Source of the DNA: Catajapyx aquilonaris
Lineage: Eukaryota
DNA: 50,412 nt
Assembly: GCA_000934665.2 (NCBI GenBank)
Contig: JYFJ02002965.1
Coordinates: 1 to 50,412 of the forward strand
Direction: 5' to 3'
Numbering within the stretch: the stretch's first letter is position 1; each line of letters begins with the position of its first letter. The position numbers were made by a program, and so were the translations under genes. Below are positions 44,788 through 50,412 of this stretch, piece by piece. Under the pieces are notes generated by a model. That model saw only the letters and a list, made by a program, of their open reading frames with translations, was not told the origin of the DNA and made no database searches.

Positions 44788-47700
44788 CACCCTTTTTTTA
44801 CTGTCTTCTTCTGGAATTTTCTGCGGCTGTTGCCAGCATTCTTGACAAATTTAGGCTGCATGTTTATTCCATTTAATGTCAGGGGCCACCAATGGCTGCA
44901 TTCAATTCACCGGAACCACCCTGATTGGAGTCCTTTTCATGTAAGGGACGTTGTTTGGCGATTTTGTGCATATTTCTATCGCAATGGATATTTCAGTGCA
45001 GATAATTCCAGTTCCGCTTCCTAACAATCCGTTGCCCATTGAGTGAGCCAATTGTGTTTGAGCCTTTATCAGGTGAGATAGAGAAATATTGGAGGTCATT
45101 TTTTTTTGTAGAACATTTCGCAACGTCGCGCAGGGTGAAACGATTATTGCGACACAACTCGGCGACGTTGAAACATCGTTTTTTATAGCAGGAATTTCCC
45201 CACTGTTAATGTCAATGCCCTCAATGCCGTATTTAGTAAGCCTACATTATATTGTACCGAGTGCATGGTATAGTGAACTGCAGTAAATGAGTCATGGATG
45301 ACAGACGTGCAGTATAGATCCAAGTATGATGGCAGACACGTCATCACGTCATCACGCATGCAGAGAGCAGATCTCAGCACGTGACAATGTTGTCGAATAT
45401 TTAGGGAAATCTCGACGGTGTTTTTACTATAGTGAAGTAAGAATGTGAAGGCGTCTTTTACACTGACGTCACCATGTTTTTAGCTAGTAGAAAAAAAGCA
45501 TATCATGGCATATTTAAAATCGTGTTTTTCAAGTTCGAAGCTCGCAGAAACAATATTTGGATAAACTGATAGTAACCATCTAAGCATTTATTCAATATCA
45601 ACTTTACACATTCTTAACCGTATATCTGCATCAGTTTTCTTGAGTCGAGTGAATTGACATTTTGAGCAATGAGTGATTGACAAATTGCAATTATACAGCA
45701 AATACAGTCATGCAAATGCGACATCACCCACTTTGGGCAAAATTCATGAGATTGACTCCACAGTTGACTGAACCTTGCACTTTCCATTTGTGATACCCAC
45801 TAACCCAGCATTAATAATAATAGGCCATGCCTCGAGGGTTTACAGTCACGAGTAGCCAGCAGCCCCACGCATAGCCACGTGTTGCCTTTTTCCCTCGAAT
45901 GACTACTATACACACTGCTAAATCACACACCATAATTTTTAAGCAATTGCCTATTACTATGTTCGGTGGAATCTAATTACGGTGCACCGAACATAGTAAT
46001 AGGCCGTTGTAACATGTGAAGAAGACGCGCTTCCGGTCCCCCCTGCTGCTGTCCTGGATGGGTGCCCCCGAGATTAGAAAGGGACTTGGGTGTGGTTGGC
46101 ACATAAGCCGACAAGAATCTATAGTCCAAGGTGTGAAATAGTTAGTTGCATCGCACAGACAGTAATGAATTGATCGAACCCCAAGCAGCAGCAGCAAAGG
46201 CTTTAAAAAAATATGCAAATGAGGGTCCGGTGGGCGGGTCGTGGCGAGATCTAAATTAGTGAATTGGGGTTGGGAGAATGGGGGTGTATATGGGGAGGGT
46301 GGGCCATGGCTCTTGTTTGGCAGCGGACAGGACAAGAGGGGCTATTGATTACCCGGCTGCTGTGTCGTGCGCCCCACTCGTTTGTCACGCCCACATAATC
46401 TCCCCTCCATCGGCCTTTAATGGAGAGGCCGCTGCTACTCTCTCCCTCTTTTCTAACTCCTTTTTTATATACACTTACTCCTTCCCCCCCAGTATATAGC
46501 ACCGATCACGTTATATGTCGCACGGGGCGCCCCTATTGATATATGGGTGTTTCCAGTATAAATATGGCCGGCAGCAGGCTGGCTGCTGTCTCGGGCGGAC
46601 CTGAAACAGAAGCAGAAGCTGCTGAAGAAGAAGAAGGAGGAGGAGGGTAGGGGGAATAGGGGGGATGGAATAAGGAAGGTGGTTAGGCCACTTGAGGGCT
46701 TATCTACGCAACCCTTTTACCGGCGGCGCCCCATCAAGTCCTCTCCCCCCCTGAACTAAAAGCTCCCTAAATCAAGCCACCAAGTGCAGCACCAGCACTC
46801 TTCTTCTTTCTTCCACACACAGTATATATGTATACAGGTGACACTGAGCAGCACCCTTCTCAGGCCATCCCAACAGCATCCCCACGCATGCTGCGATACT
46901 GCTGGAGACGCGTATATTATAAGCCTGCATCTGACGCCGGCTATTTGGGTATGAAATGGGAATGGCAAAGCTGTATAGTCAAAACATACATTGGGTGCAC
47001 AGGCTGAGAGAGAAAATATCCGAAAATGTGTTGTGTGTACATTAGAAATTCTTCCTTGATTTGTGTTCATGTAGTAGGCCTATACTGTAGGCTAATATTA
47101 ATACTTTACCTAATTAATTTTCGTGCACCAAGCATTAATCAATAGATGAATATGAATGTTTAATAATATAAATTAGTTGGCTTATCATAGTGTGCACTGT
47201 TTGGAAGTGTTGTCAGTGTATGCGTCATGCAAATATGACGGAGTATTCTATTTCTGGAGCATCTGACAGAGACCAAGCATGTATCAGAGGAACTGTGCAA
47301 TTCTCTTTTCACACTCTGTACTTCATGCTTCACACTAAATGGGGAAAAAACATTTATTCACTCGTGTTGTGAAATTACTGGGTTATGGCAGCAAATGTAA
47401 TCGTAACATGCTCACCTTGACTTTCACGCAATCATAATATCTAGTGGGAATATAACAGTGTAATACACATAGTGCTGTGTTATCAAAATTGTAGGTAAAT
47501 TCTATGCTGCATTATTATTGCCAAGGGAGAAACAGTCCTTGACCTTACACTGTAAGAACTGTGATATAAACTTATCGCTGTTTAAAATATGCAGATAGGT
47601 CCAAAAATGTTTTTGTCATAATCAGGCAACGTACAGCTGTATAAGTAGGACGTCAGCTAATCAGCCGCTCATATACATCTTACTAATCAGTTTCCTGGTA

Positions 47701-47935
47701 CTGTACATGTAAAAGGTTTTCAGTCCAGGGCCTATATATGTTTTGAATTCTATATAGGTATACGTTGTGGATTGTAATCGAAGAACCTCATTATGTAACT
47801 TGGCATGACTCCAGTAGCTGTGGTTATCACAAGTTGTATACTGTACAGGATGTTTCAGTGTCCAAATCCTCAATGCAAGAGTGCGTGGTTTAGGTGAAAA
47901 GTTATGGATTGGTTATAAATCCTATGCAGCTAGCA

Positions 47936-48965
47936 CAGGGCTGTTCAACTATAGTATATTACAAGGTCCAGGATTTACCTTTCCGAGGCCAGCAAAGGTC
48001 CGTAACCCCCCCCCCCCCNCAGGTCTTGACTAAGGTCTGGGGACGGAAGTCTGTGGTTTTACTGTAGCTGTGGGGACCAGTTCCAATTGTGGGGACATTT
48101 GTCGGTCCCCACAGTCTCACACACGCGAAGTGTACCATTACAGTGGGGACATGTGTAAATTAGTGGGGACATGTCCCCACTATTTTCATTTGTAGGGTTT
48201 CACAAAAGTCCATTTTTCTCAGCCTAGGTTACTTAGGGTAGGGTAGGTTAGGTAGGATAGGTTAGGTAGGATAGGTTAGCGTTAGGTAAGGTAAGGTTAG
48301 GTTAGGTTAGATCAGTTTACACTCGCAGTGAAAAGTGATCATGTCCGTCCCCACGCCTTAGTCAAGACAAGAGAATATGAACTTGTTTTCATCCTCAACC
48401 AATTTCGCGAGATCTGGTGTGTGCGAAGTTGTGACAGTTTGCAAGCAGGCTTCCACTGAATGGTCTTGTGACAGATAGCTTCAGTAATAATTATTTTTGA
48501 TTCTGTCCTCTGCGTCCACTTTCTTCCAATTCTTCACGGATGCCCCACACTACCCTTTCGACTCACACCATCACGTACAGTACACAAGAACTGATCACTT
48601 GGAAAACCAGCGACTATCTGGCACCAAGACCTCTGAGAAGGCAGTGTATACTGTAGAACCAAGAAGGAGATAAAAGGAATTGCGACTGATATAGTTTCCG
48701 TCCTTTCCCACCAGTAAATGCATTTACTGGCCCACCACTGGGATGGGATCCATGGATCCCATATGGTATATTACCGAATTACCCCTTTCCTATGAACCGC
48801 GACTGGGGGTGCGTTCGAGTATACAGGGTGTATCTGAACTCAGTGCCCCGACGTATATGACTGCCTTCCTAGCCACCAGAGGATCGATTTAAGTATAGGA
48901 GTCATATGTCTGGGCANCGCTGTCCGGACAAAATTGCGCCGCGGTCCGCCAGTTGAATAGCCCTG
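47936..48965. mobile_element. hAT-type non-autonomous element containing nested insertions
   Basis: TIRs CAGGGCTGTTCAACT ... AGTTGAATAGCCCTG (1 mismatch). Flanks AGCTAGCA and AGCTATAGCA look like an 8-bp TSD with a 2-bp insertion. Confidence 0.75.
48023..48368. mobile_element. MITE nested in the hAT element, with internal GTGGGGAC and (GGTTA)n repeats
   Basis: 25-bp TIRs GTCTTGACTAAGGTCTGGGGACGGA and TCCGTCCCCACGCCTTAGTCAAGAC (2 mismatches). Confidence 0.8.
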
Positions 48966-49779
48966 AGCTATAGCATGGTGTCTAAAGTCACATTCATACA
49001 CCCTATCGGCGATTTGGCATCAAGAGCTAGCGATTTTTGTCTGCCAAACAATGGGCGTTAACCACAGAGTTGAGTGATGGTGAGATAATGATGTGAGCAT
49101 ATAGCTTCATCACGGAAGAATATGTGATTTCCTATCAAAAATTGTAATCCTGACAAAATGGACAAATAACACAGTACACACCCTAACAATAATTAAACTC
49201 AGTTCGTGTCCCACAAAAAGAGCTGCGGGCAATTCCATGACAAAACGCCCCACGGATAACACCCTCTATCTTTCAATAGAAATTATATTTGGGTTTTAAT
49301 GCATACTAAGGTAGATACACCTTCACGTGAAATTACAGAGGTCTAAGGTCAATAGAGCAGAAGTTACGGCTACTTGAAATGTTGTCAAAAACTATTTAAA
49401 ACGTGTGCACGCCCTTTTTATTTTTGCAATAGCTCAGGCGTCGTTCATCATATCTCTGTGAAGTTAACGCCAAGTGGTTCACAATAGTGTACTCTTCTGA
49501 AAGTGATATTTGAATATGAAATTGCCGTTTAAAAATGCACTTGTTCGTGAGGTCAAAGTAACCTCTCAAAAACCGAATTTTTAATATTTTTGTTTATTTT
49601 TGGTACAAATATTCCTATGGCTGTTTTCTAAAAGATCGGAAAGTTTAAAGTGAGCTAATTTCTCCGTTAGCGAGAAAAAAAATGTTGAAGCATGTGCCCC
49701 GAAATATTGGACTGTTCGCGAAGTGTCAGCAACGGGTTGGACTGATTTCGTAATTCAGAAGCTACCCAGTGTACAGTAC

Positions 49780-50317
49780 ATGAGCAGCTGAGCAAAACCA
49801 GAAGGTGTAGAGGGCATCAGGAGATACAGAGTGCGCATATATGGGCCATACCTGCCCATGACCTGGACCAAATGTGAGGAGGGAATGTCTGGAAGTCCGC
49901 AGGAGTTGGTCCTATATGGCTCTTGAGCGAAAGGTTGTCATCCGTATGTGATTGCATCAGGAGTCTGCATATGACTTTGAGATGACCAAATTGGTCATGA
50001 GTAACTTATAGGCTGAAGAGAGAAGATGTGCAGCAGTGCACTTTGGTTACTTCCTCGGACATGTCTTTGCCTCACTAAATGACACTTATGATTAACCGGC
50101 GATCAGACAAGTACTTGCCTTCACTCACAGTATACGGATGACAACCTTTCCGTACACAGTCACATGGACTGACCCTTTGGCTCAAGAGTCAGGACCAACT
50201 CCTGGACTTCCAGACATTCTCTCCTCACATTTCGTCCAGGTCATGGGCAGGTATGGCCTGCACTCTGCCGCATCTCCTGATGCCATCCACACCCTCTGGT
50301 TTTGCTCAGCTGCTTAT
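49780..50317. repeat. Long imperfect inverted repeat: arms 49780-49947 and 50132-50317, spacer about 185 nt
   Basis: Shared blocks include AGCAGCTGAGCAAAACCAGA, GGCCATACCTGCCCATGACCTGGAC, GAATGTCTGGAAGTCC, AGGAGTTGGTCCT and GAAAGGTTGTCATCCGTAT, each with its reverse complement in the other arm. Confidence 0.92.
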
Positions 50318-50412
50318 TCGCGAGACCCACGGCCTGTAGAGGCGCTGAAGTCAAATCCAAGATGGACGACAGCGGGGGTACTCGAGCAGGCAGCAGACAG
50401 GGCATGAGCTTG

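Noticed and set aside
48222..48311. Interstitial insect telomere (TTAGG)n
   Set aside because: The units are degenerate and lie inside a TIR-bounded MITE, so they are part of that element.

Overview
Eukaryotic, almost certainly insect, genomic DNA with short GT-AG introns. It holds four + strand protein-coding genes. (1) The last two exons of an NADP-dependent isocitrate dehydrogenase, IDH2-like (755-2896). (2) A secreted inter-alpha-trypsin-inhibitor heavy-chain-like gene (7757-15912): signal peptide, VIT, vWA, then a linker built from seven small symmetric phase-1 exons and a C-terminal six-cysteine clip domain; a dense kappaB/GATA site cluster lies upstream. (3) A serpent (GATAb) orthologue (25028-30645) with mutually exclusive N-finger and fingerless exons separated by a 52-nt intron that reads through in frame. 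(4) A tandem GATAe-like two-finger gene (35583-44076). Introns and spacers carry an RTE-type LINE 3' fragment, several MITEs (one nested) and microsatellites. There is a sharp CpG-depletion boundary near 6.1 kb and a long imperfect inverted repeat at 49.8-50.3 kb. Exon models come from manual splice-site and phase reading, without transcript data. Most listed short ORFs are spurious.
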